Below are positions 30,375-37,280 of a stretch of 64,000 nt of DNA, piece after piece; positions within the stretch are counted from its first letter, which is position 1; each line of letters starts with the position of its first letter. The notes beneath the pieces were generated by a model. The model did no database searches, had not been told where the DNA came from, and saw only the letters and a list, made by a program, of their open reading frames with translations. The translations under genes were made by a program, and so were the position numbers. This DNA is from an uncultured Solirubrobacteraceae bacterium (GTDB lineage Bacteria; Actinomycetota; Thermoleophilia; Solirubrobacterales; Solirubrobacteraceae). The stretch covers positions 4,017-68,016 of the forward strand of contig CAVTSK010000022.1 in assembly GCA_963737335.1 (NCBI GenBank), written 5' to 3'.

Positions 30375-30407
30375 TCGACCATCTTCTACTTGGGGTGAGA
30401 GAGAGGT

Positions 30408-32468
30408 ATGCCGCAGCTGTCCAAAGTCCGGGTGTGGTGCGAGGCGACGTGCGTCGCCGCGTGCGTCGCCGTGGCGCTGCTGCTGCCCGCCGCTCACCTG
30501 TCCTACATCGTCCAGGACCCCTTCACCTTCGCCGTGCTCGCGGGCGGGGTGATCCTCGGCGAGATGCTGCCGATCAAGATCCCCCGGCGCGGCGACGACG
30601 AGGAACTCACGCTCTCGGCCTCCTTCGCGATGGCCATGCTCCTGGTGGGCGGCCTCGGGCCGGCGCTCATCGCCCAGGGCGTCGCCTCGATGCTCGGCGA
30701 CGTCAAATCAGGCAAGCCGGCATGGCGCGTGCGCTTCAACGCCGGCCAGTACACGCTCTCGATGGTCGCGGCCTGGGCCGCCATGCGCGCCATGGAGGTC
30801 TCCCCACAGCTGAGCGTCCTTCACCCGTTCGCCAGCCATCAGTTGCCGGCAATGCTCGTCGCCGCCGGCGCGTTCTTCCTGGTCAACGTGTGGGTGGTGG
30901 GCACCGCGGTCGCGCTCTACCAGGGGGTGCCGATCCTCAACTACTTCCGCAACAACCTGTCCTTCGTGGTCATCACCGGCGGCGTGGTCCTGCTCGTCTC
31001 GCCGATCGTCCTCGCGGCGGCCGCCTACACCGTCGCGATCGTGCCGCTGTGCCTGGCGCCGGTGGTGGCGATGTACAACTCGGTGCACCAGAGCGCCCGC
31101 AACGAACACGCCGCCCGGCACGACTCGCTCACCGGGCTGCCCAACCGGACCGCGTTTCACGAGACGATCACCGACGCGATCCAGGACGAGCATGCGCCCG
31201 CAGCGGTGCTGCTCATGGATCTCGATCGCTTCAAGGAGGTCAACGACACCCTCGGCCATCGCTACGGCGACCTGCTCCTCGTGCAGGTCGCTCAGCGGTT
31301 TAAGGACGTCATCGGCGGCCGCGGCCGGATCGCCCGACTCGGCGGCGACGAGTTCGCGGTGATCAGCCCGGGGGCAGACCGCCAGGAGGCGACCGCGCTG
31401 GCCCACCGCATCGCCGACGCCCTGCGCGCCCCGTTCGAGCTCGAGGAGCTGGTCGTCGACGTGCAGGCCAGCGTCGGCATCGCGCTGTTCCCCGAGCACG
31501 GCCACGGCGTCGAGACGCTGCTGCAGAAGGCCGACGTCGCCATGTACCGCGCCAAGGAGACCCGCTCCGACGTCGCCCTCTACGACGAGCGCCACGACCA
31601 CCACAGCCCCGCCAAGCTGGCCCTGACCGCCGAGCTGCGCACCGCTGTGGAGAGCGAGGAGATCGTCCTCTGGTATCAGCCCGAGCTTGACCTGCGCACC
31701 CGTGAGGTGATGGCCGTGGAAGCGCTCGTGCGCTGGGATCACCCCCGCCTCGGGGTGCTGCCGCCGAGCTCGTTCGTGCGCATGGCCGAGGCCACCAACC
31801 TCATCAAGCCGCTCACCCAGCGGGTCATGGAGATCGCGCTGCTCCAGGTCGCCGACTGGCACGCCATGGGCCTGGAGATCGCGGTCGCGGTCAACATCTC
31901 CGCGCAGGTCCTGGTGGACCAGAGCTTCACCCAACAGGTCGTCGCGGCCCTGCGCCGCACCGGCGTCGCGCCCCAGCGGCTCAAGCTCGAGGTGACCGAG
32001 ACCGCCCTGATGTCTGACCCCGTGACCGCGCGCACCGTGCTGCGCGAGCTCGAGGCGCTCGGCTGCGAGATCTCCATCGACGACTTCGGGACCGGCTACT
32101 CCTCCCTGGCCTACCTGGCCGACCTCCCGGTCTCCGAGGTCAAGATCGACCGCTCGTTCGTCAGCCGCATGTCGGCCGGCTCCAGCGAGAAGGTCATCGT
32201 CAACTCCACCATCGATCTCGCCCATCACCTCGGCCTCCGCGCCGTCGCCGAAGGCGTCGAGGACTGGTCGATGCTGCCTGAGCTCGAGGCGCTGGGCTGC
32301 GACGCCGCCCAGGGCTACGCCATCAGCCATCCGCTGGCGGCCCCCGACGCCACCCGCTGGATGCTCGACTTCCGCAGCACCTCGGGTGTGGAGCGGACCG
32401 GCGCCCGGTCGGGCGTGGCGCGAGCCGTCGCCGGGTCGGCGGTGCCGGCGATCGGACAGGCGGCATGA
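30408..32468 (+). CDS. membrane-anchored GGDEF/EAL protein (diguanylate cyclase plus phosphodiesterase domains, both motif-intact)
   Basis: ORF track 30408..32468. About 230-aa polytopic N-terminal domain, then RLGGDEFAV (GGDEF), EALVRW (EAL), EVTE, DDFGTGYSSL, KIDRSF, EGVE and QGY motifs. Confidence 0.9.
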   Translation: MPQLSKVRVWCEATCVAACVAVALLLPAAHLSYIVQDPFTFAVLAGGVILGEMLPIKIPRRGDDEELTLSASFAMAMLLVGGLGPALIAQGVASMLGDVKSGKPAWRVRFNAGQYTLSMVAAWAAMRAMEVSPQLSVLHPFASHQLPAMLVAAGAFFLVNVWVVGTAVALYQGVPILNYFRNNLSFVVITGGVVLLVSPIVLAAAAYTVAIVPLCLAPVVAMYNSVHQSARNEHAARHDSLTGLPNRTAFHETITDAIQDEHAPAAVLLMDLDRFKEVNDTLGHRYGDLLLVQVAQRFKDVIGGRGRIARLGGDEFAVISPGADRQEATALAHRIADALRAPFELEELVVDVQASVGIALFPEHGHGVETLLQKADVAMYRAKETRSDVALYDERHDHHSPAKLALTAELRTAVESEEIVLWYQPELDLRTREVMAVEALVRWDHPRLGVLPPSSFVRMAEATNLIKPLTQRVMEIALLQVADWHAMGLEIAVAVNISAQVLVDQSFTQQVVAALRRTGVAPQRLKLEVTETALMSDPVTARTVLRELEALGCEISIDDFGTGYSSLAYLADLPVSEVKIDRSFVSRMSAGSSEKVIVNSTIDLAHHLGLRAVAEGVEDWSMLPELEALGCDAAQGYAISHPLAAPDATRWMLDFRSTSGVERTGARSGVARAVAGSAVPAIGQAA

Positions 32469-33049
32469 TCCTCATCGTCCTCGCCCTGCTCTGCCTGGCC
32501 AGCGTGCCGCTCACCGGCGGGCGCCTCAGCCGCCTGGCCTCGATCCGCGTGCGCGGCACGTGGGTGCCGGTGGTGGCGCTGGCCATCCAGGTGCTCATCA
32601 CCACCATCATCCGCGACGGCCACGAGGACCTCCACAAGGCCGTTCACATCGCCACCTACGTGCTCATCGGGGTGTTCCTGTGGTCTAACCGCCGGCTGCC
32701 CGGGGTCAAGGTGATCGGCCTCGGCGCGTTCCTCAACGCCCTGGTCATCACCGTCAACGGCGGGCAGATGGCCGCCTCGCGGACGGCCGAGCGCCTCGCC
32801 GGCCTGCACCTCGGCGCCGGCTTTGAGAACTCCGCGCCCCTGATCCACCCGCACCTGCTGTGGTTGGGCGACGTGATCCCCTGGCCGGGGCCGCTGCCCA
32901 ACGTGCTGAGCATCGGCGACTGCCTGATCTACGTGGGCACGCTCATCCTGCTGCACCGCGTGTGCCGCCGCTCGGCGGAGCCGAGCCGGACGCTCGGACC
33001 GGTGGCCGAGCCGTCGCTCAGGCCTCCGGAGGCCGAGCCCATCGGCTGA
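32465..33049 (+). CDS. DUF5317-like integral membrane protein
   Basis: ORF track 32465..33049. ATGA overlap with the GGDEF-EAL stop. Several TM helices and a C-terminal NVLSIGDCLIYVGTLILL motif that I remember as typical of DUF5317. Confidence 0.7.
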   Translation: MILIVLALLCLASVPLTGGRLSRLASIRVRGTWVPVVALAIQVLITTIIRDGHEDLHKAVHIATYVLIGVFLWSNRRLPGVKVIGLGAFLNALVITVNGGQMAASRTAERLAGLHLGAGFENSAPLIHPHLLWLGDVIPWPGPLPNVLSIGDCLIYVGTLILLHRVCRRSAEPSRTLGPVAEPSLRPPEAEPIG

Positions 33050-33089
33050 GGATCGTTTCCTGGCGCGGGCGCCGGGTAGCTGCGCTCCC

Positions 33090-34181
33090 GTGACCGACGC
33101 CCAGGAGACCGGACCACGGTTCGGCTCGGGACGGCCGTTCTCGATCGGCGTTGAGGAGGAGCTGTTCCTCGTCGACCCCGTGACCGGGAATCAGGCGAAC
33201 GCATCGGCGGCGGTGCTCGAGCACGTCGGCGAGGTCAACGGCGAGCTCGCGCCCGAGCTGCATGCCTGCCAGATCGAGCTGATCACCGAGGTCTGCGGGT
33301 CGGTTCGAGAGGCCGTCGACGCCTTGGCGGCGATGCGTCAGGTCGTCCGGGGGACCGGCGCCGGACTCCTGGGCTCCGGAACGCATCCGTCGGCGACCGA
33401 GGGCGAGGCCGAGATCACAGACAAGGATCGCTACGAGCGCATCCGGTACCTCCTCGGCGACGCGGTGGTCACGCCGGTGGGCGGGTTGCACGTGCATGTC
33501 GGCATGCCAGACGCCGAGACGGCGATCCGCACCTTCAACCACCTGCGCGCACACCTGCCCCTGCTGCAGGCACTCGCCGCCAACTCGCCCTTTCGCCACG
33601 GCCGCGACACGGGGCTCGCCTCGGCGCGCGAGGTGACCCTCCGGGGCTGGCCACGCTCCGGGGTTCCGCGCGCTCTGCGTGACTTCGACGACTTCTGTGC
33701 GATGGCGGACCGTCTCTCCCGCGCCGCGGATGTCGAGGACTACACGTGGTTCTGGTGGAAGCTTCGCCCGCACCCTCGCCTGGGAACCGTCGAGGTGCGC
33801 GCGCTCGATGCTCAGGGCTCACTGCAGGACATGGCCGCGATCGTCGCGCTCACGCACTGCCTGGCCCGAAGTGCCCTCGAGCAGGCGCCGCTCGACGTGG
33901 CACCGGAGCTCCTCGAGGAGGGGATCTTCCGCGCCGCGCGATTCGGCACCGCCGCCCGGCTGCCCGACGCCGACGGCGCGCTACGACCCGTCGCGGAGCT
34001 CATCACCGGAGCATTGAACGTCGCCCGCCGCTACGCCGGCGAGCTCGGATGCGCCGACGAGCTCGAACTGGTGCCCGAGCTGATCAGACGTCAGGGCGGC
34101 GCCGGGCGGCAGCGCCGCGTCTATGGCCTGGCCGGAATGGACGCGCTACTGCGTGAGCTGACGCTACTGACCGGCGGCTGA
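33090..34181 (+). CDS. ybdK: carboxylate-amine ligase, YbdK/GCS2 family
   Basis: ORF track 33090..34181. FSIGVEEELFLVD N-terminal motif and GCS2-type body. GTG start. Confidence 0.85.
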   Translation: MTDAQETGPRFGSGRPFSIGVEEELFLVDPVTGNQANASAAVLEHVGEVNGELAPELHACQIELITEVCGSVREAVDALAAMRQVVRGTGAGLLGSGTHPSATEGEAEITDKDRYERIRYLLGDAVVTPVGGLHVHVGMPDAETAIRTFNHLRAHLPLLQALAANSPFRHGRDTGLASAREVTLRGWPRSGVPRALRDFDDFCAMADRLSRAADVEDYTWFWWKLRPHPRLGTVEVRALDAQGSLQDMAAIVALTHCLARSALEQAPLDVAPELLEEGIFRAARFGTAARLPDADGALRPVAELITGALNVARRYAGELGCADELELVPELIRRQGGAGRQRRVYGLAGMDALLRELTLLTGG

Positions 34182-34994
34182 GAGCGGGGCGGCCTCGTCC
34201 GGTTGCAGAGCGGGGTCGGTCATGTCGTGCAGCCGCGACGCCGCCCGGCGCAGCAGCCGCGAGACCTGCATCTGCGAGCACTTCAGCTCGCGGGCGATCT
34301 CGGTCTGCTTCATGTCGTGCTCGAGGCGGAGCAACAGCGCCCGGCGCTCGAGATGCGGCAGGCGTCCCAGCGCGGCCGAGAGCGAGCTGGTCGTCTCGAC
34401 CAGGCCGTAGCTCTCGTCCTCGGCGCCCAGGCTGTCGCCGAGCGTGTCGAGTTGGTCGTCGTCGTCGGCGCCCGACAGCGGCGCGTCGAGCGAGACCGAA
34501 TAGTGCGCCGTGCCGGCATCGAGGCCGACGAGCACGTCCTCCTGGGGAAGCTCGAGGTACTCGACGAGCTCGCTGACGCTGGGGTGGCGGCCGCCGCGAG
34601 CCTCGATCTGGCGGATCGCGCGGTCAACGCGCAGCGCCAGCTCCTGGGCCCCGCGGGGCACATGGACCGACCAGCCGGTGTTGCGGAAGTAGCGCTTGAG
34701 CTCCCCGAGGATGGTGGGGATGGCGAACGCCGGGAAGCGGACGCCGCGATCGGCGTCGAAGCGGTCGATGGCGCCGAGCAGGCCGACGGCGGCGACCTGG
34801 ACGAGATCCTCGATCGGCTCGTGGGGATTGCTGTAGCGGGCGGCGAGCTTGCGGGCGAGCGGGCGGAAGCGCTCGAACAGCTCCTCGCGGGCATCGCGGT
34901 CGCCGTCCTCGTGCCACCGCGCCATCAGCTCCTCGGTGTCGAGGACGCCTGGGGTGGGAGGACGGCGAAGATCGAGGGACGATCGCGTGGGCAC
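34164..34994 (-). CDS. RNA polymerase sigma factor, SigB/SigF/SigG (group 3) type
   Basis: ORF track 34164..34994. Region 2 DLVQVAAVGLLGAIDRFD...FAIPTILGELKRYFR, region 4 HTH QTEIARELKCSQMQVSRLLRRA. GTG start with GGAAGGA SD. 18-nt convergent overlap with ybdK. Confidence 0.88.
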   Translation of the reverse strand: MPTRSSLDLRRPPTPGVLDTEELMARWHEDGDRDAREELFERFRPLARKLAARYSNPHEPIEDLVQVAAVGLLGAIDRFDADRGVRFPAFAIPTILGELKRYFRNTGWSVHVPRGAQELALRVDRAIRQIEARGGRHPSVSELVEYLELPQEDVLVGLDAGTAHYSVSLDAPLSGADDDDQLDTLGDSLGAEDESYGLVETTSSLSAALGRLPHLERRALLLRLEHDMKQTEIARELKCSQMQVSRLLRRAASRLHDMTDPALQPDEAAPLSAAGQ

Positions 34995-35144
34995 AGTGGG
35001 TTCCTTCCGTTGGGCTTCAGTCGGACTGCAGGCCCGTCAGAAGACCGCTGAGCGATCCACTGCCGTCATGACCAACTACACACCGCACCACGCACCTGTC
35101 GTGGGCGGCTAGTGAAGTCCTACCCCCATTGAGGGTGGCTACAC

Positions 35145-35235
35145 AGCCGGCACTGTGAGACACCGCACACAGATCACGTCGTGCGCAATCTCACAACCCT
35201 GACCGCGGGCCGGACCGATTGACCCCGTGCCGGCT
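35145..35235. other. nested inverted repeats (9 + 7 + 5 bp) forming a long bulged hairpin in the sigma-factor upstream spacer
   Basis: P1 35145-35153 AGCCGGCAC pairs with 35227-35235 GTGCCGGCT. P2 35154-35160 TGTGAGA pairs with 35189-35195 TCTCACA and is stacked directly on P1. P3 35164-35168 CGCAC pairs with 35181-35185 GTGCG. Confidence 0.35.
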
Positions 35236-35362
35236 CGGGTAGCCCCAGAGCGTCTGAGAAACGGTGCCTCGCCGCCGCACGGTGTGTTCGCAGCGGCGGC
35301 CGGGGTACCTGAACCCCCGGAAACGAACCATGAATCCACTTCTCTTTGCCGATTGGGGGCGC

Positions 35363-35542
35363 ATGAACCGCCTCTTCACGCGTGTCATGTGGGCCGTCGC
35401 GGTCCTCATGGTCTGCGCGGTGTGCGTGGCGCTGGCCGCGCCCGCCCCCAAGTCGCGTGCCGCCGCCGCGAGCTCCGCGGTCCACCCGGCCCATGCGGTG
35501 TCCGTCGTTGCGCCCAGCTCCGGCGCCGGCACCATCCGCTGA
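35363..35542 (+). CDS. small exported or membrane-anchored peptide, 59 aa (MNRLFTRVMWAVAVLMVCAVCVALAAPAPKSR...)
   Basis: Inner part of track ORF 35264..35542. Third-position G/C is very high from ATG 35363 onward but low between 35330 and 35362. GGGGG lies 4 nt upstream. N-terminus looks like a signal peptide or anchor. Confidence 0.5.
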   Translation: MNRLFTRVMWAVAVLMVCAVCVALAAPAPKSRAAAASSAVHPAHAVSVVAPSSGAGTIR

Positions 35543-35627
35543 CCCCCGTAGCGCCGAAGGACCGCTCGCCAGTTGGCCGTCGCTCGACGCACGCCCTGGA
35601 CGAGGAAACGCATATAGATCGGGGATC

Positions 35628-35737
35628 GCGGGCGAGTAGGCGATGGTGCCGCCGACGCCATACTCGCCCGCAGTCCCGAGGGAGGAGAGGGCCTAACTGG
35701 CTAACAGGCCGATGGACCTCTACCCCCTCCTGGCGGG
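35628..35737. ncRNA. candidate structured RNA: two adjacent strong stem-loops between convergent genes (class not recognised)
   Basis: H1 35628-35671: 11-bp perfect stem GCGGGCGAGTA/TACTCGCCCGC, extended by GGCG/CGCC. H2 35675-35737: CCCG..GGAGGAGAGG pairs with CCTCT-ACCC-CCTCC..CGGG and encloses a GCCT/AGGC hairpin. Confidence 0.25.
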
Positions 35738-35844
35738 AATCAATCAACTATCGCGCAAAATGTTTTGCGGCGGCGTTGAGGTCGCACGGGCAGTTCGCGT
35801 TCAGCGACGTTTTTCGCCGCTCGCCCGGCGCCCCCGCGGGGCGG

Positions 35845-36495
35845 TCAGCTGATGAGGCCGCGCCGCATCGCCTCGGCGACCGCGGCCCCGCGGTCGTTGA
35901 CGCCGAGCTTGGCGTAGAGGTTCTGGATGTGGCTCTTGACCGTGGGCACGGCCAGGTGCAGGCGGTCGGCGATCATGTTGGCCGACTCGCCCTCGGCGAT
36001 CAGCTCCAGGACGCCCAGCTCGCGCGCGGTCAGATGCATGCCGGACTGGCCACGGTCACGCAGCGTGCCCGCCAGTTCGGTGCCGATCTCGGCCGGCAGC
36101 ACGGACTCGCCCCGGGAGATCCTGACGATCGCGTCGCAGATCTCGTCGGGCGTGGAGGACTTGGGCAGGTAGCCCGCTGCTCCTGCGGTGAGGGCCTGGA
36201 GCACCAGTTCGCCGCCGATGTACTCCGAGATGAAGAGCACGCGGGTGACTGGCTGCTCCTCGCGCAGGCGCCGCATCACCTCGCGGCCGTCCAGCTTGGG
36301 CATCCGCATGTCCAGGACGGCGACATCGGGCTGGTGCAGACGGATCATGTCCAGCGCCTCCTGGCCGTCGCTGGCGCCGGCGAGCAGAATCAGCGAGTCG
36401 CAGCTCTCGATCGTGCGCTTGAGCGCGCCCAGGAACAGCGGATGATCGTCGGCGACGACCACACGGACCTCATCGGCGCCGGCAGGGTCGCTCAC
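35845..36495 (-). CDS. LuxR/NarL family response regulator
   Basis: Inner part of track ORF 35845..36645. GTG 36495 overlaps the kinase stop (GTGA). Receiver VVVADDHPLF...DVAVLDMRMPKLDG and C-terminal HTH LTARELGVLELIAEGESANMIADRLHLAVPTVKSHIQNLYAKLGV. Confidence 0.88.
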   Translation of the reverse strand: MSDPAGADEVRVVVADDHPLFLGALKRTIESCDSLILLAGASDGQEALDMIRLHQPDVAVLDMRMPKLDGREVMRRLREEQPVTRVLFISEYIGGELVLQALTAGAAGYLPKSSTPDEICDAIVRISRGESVLPAEIGTELAGTLRDRGQSGMHLTARELGVLELIAEGESANMIADRLHLAVPTVKSHIQNLYAKLGVNDRGAAVAEAMRRGLIS

Positions 36496-37154
36496 AGCGC
36501 GCCGTCGCCGCCGAGCGGAAGGCTCACCACCACCGAGGTGCCGCGTCCCCCTGGCCCGGGGCTGAACGCCACGCTGCCGCCGATTGCCCCGGCGCGCTGG
36601 TCGATGATCCGCAGGCCCGCGTGGGCGGGGAAGTCCAGGACGCACTCGCCCAGGCCGACCCCGTCATCGGAGACCGAGACCACGAGCTCGTCGCCGGCGC
36701 AGTCCAGCTCCAGTCGCACATGACCTGCGCCGGAGTGGCGCAGGGCATTGCGCGCAGCTTCCTGGGCGACGCGGTAGGCCACCGCGCCGACCTCGGCGTC
36801 CAGCGCCTCCGGCGCCTCTCCGCTCACCTCATAGGCCATCTCCGAGCCGGCGAACAGCACCGAGCAATAGGCCTCCAGCGCGCCCCGGAGATCGGTTGTG
36901 CTCAGCGGCGGCATCAGCTCGAACATCACCCGGCGCAGCCGGTTGGCGGCGTCGCGCACGTGCCACGAGGCAGCCCCCAAGGCTGCGCGGGCTTCCTCGT
37001 CGGCGGTGCCGTCACGGGCGTTCTGGAGGCTGATCGCCACCGCGCCGAGCGTCTGGATCGTGTCGTCATGGATGTCGGCGGCGATCCGTGCCCGCGCGCC
37101 TTCCTCAGCCGCCATCGCATCGCTCAGGCGGCTCTGCCCCTTGTTGACCATCAT
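36492..37154 (-). CDS. histidine kinase consisting only of HisKA_3 and HATPase_c domains (no sensor or TM region)
   Basis: Inner part of track ORF 36492..37247. Starts MMVNKGQ at 37154. H-box RIAADIHDDTIQTL, N-box VAQEAARNALRHS, G1 SVSDDGVGL, G2 GLRIIDQRAGAIGGS. 220 aa in total. Confidence 0.85.
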   Translation of the reverse strand: MMVNKGQSRLSDAMAAEEGARARIAADIHDDTIQTLGAVAISLQNARDGTADEEARAALGAASWHVRDAANRLRRVMFELMPPLSTTDLRGALEAYCSVLFAGSEMAYEVSGEAPEALDAEVGAVAYRVAQEAARNALRHSGAGHVRLELDCAGDELVVSVSDDGVGLGECVLDFPAHAGLRIIDQRAGAIGGSVAFSPGPGGRGTSVVVSLPLGGDGAL

Positions 37155-37280
37155 GTGCCCTCTGTTTGACCCCGATCCTGTGCCGAGCGCCCCTCGGCGA
37201 CAACATTTCCGGGTCCGATGGTACTTGAGATCGGCGACCGAGCCCACCGGTTTCCGGGCGTGGCAGGCGCCCCGGTCGGC

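Noticed and set aside
30144-30398. Track ORF 30144..30398 (+, 84 aa) spanning the micro-ORF region
   Set aside because: It is in a different frame from the SD-preceded 30-codon ORF. It reads through the terminator hairpin, and its translation (HRHRRHRLRGR...) looks non-coding.
29496-34181. Functional link between the GGCT-like gene (29496-30083) and the YbdK gamma-glutamyl ligase-like gene (33090-34181) flanking the c-di-GMP module
   Set aside because: The two genes are on different strands in separate transcription units 3 kb apart, and both families are common housekeeping-type genes. The shared gamma-glutamyl theme alone is not evidence.
35330-35362. Upstream ATG at 35330 as start of the small exported peptide (would give 70 aa)
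   Set aside because: The eleven codons from 35330 to 35362 mostly end in A or T (AAT CCA CTT ... TTT ... GAT), unlike the rest of the ORF and unlike other genes here. ATG 35363 has a GGGGG run 4 nt upstream.
35754-35769. AT-rich hairpin CGCAAAA-TG-TTTTGCG as the intrinsic terminator of the response-regulator operon
   Set aside because: The stem is only 5-6 bp once a viable loop is allowed, and the T-tract on the minus strand is interrupted. It is too weak to call on its own.
35000-35844. Known riboswitch or sRNA classes (c-di-AMP ydaO type, ZTP, 6C RNA, RNase P, SRP RNA) for the structured spacers
   Set aside because: I could not find the conserved cores I remember for these classes (for example GAGGAAAGUCC for RNase P, or C-rich hairpin loops for 6C). 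The resemblance is limited to short G- or C-runs, so this needs a covariance-model scan.
35712-35852. 46-aa ORF (MDLYPLLAGINQLSRKMFCGG...) inside the structured spacer
   Set aside because: Third-position G/C is clearly lower than in real genes. The nearest SD-like run lies about 20 nt from the ATG and is predicted to be base-paired. The ORF would overlap the 3' end of the response-regulator gene.
35227-36723. Long six-frame ORFs such as 35227..36723 (+), 40436..42262 (-), 47649..49067 (-), 8289..9911 (-), 60291..61919 (+), 30708..32330 (-), 14649..15437 (-) and many shorter ones
   Set aside because: They run antisense to, or out of frame with, genes that carry clear family motifs. Their translations are Arg/Pro/Gly/Ala-rich with long runs of R and P, the usual artefact of stop-poor alternative frames in GC-rich DNA.
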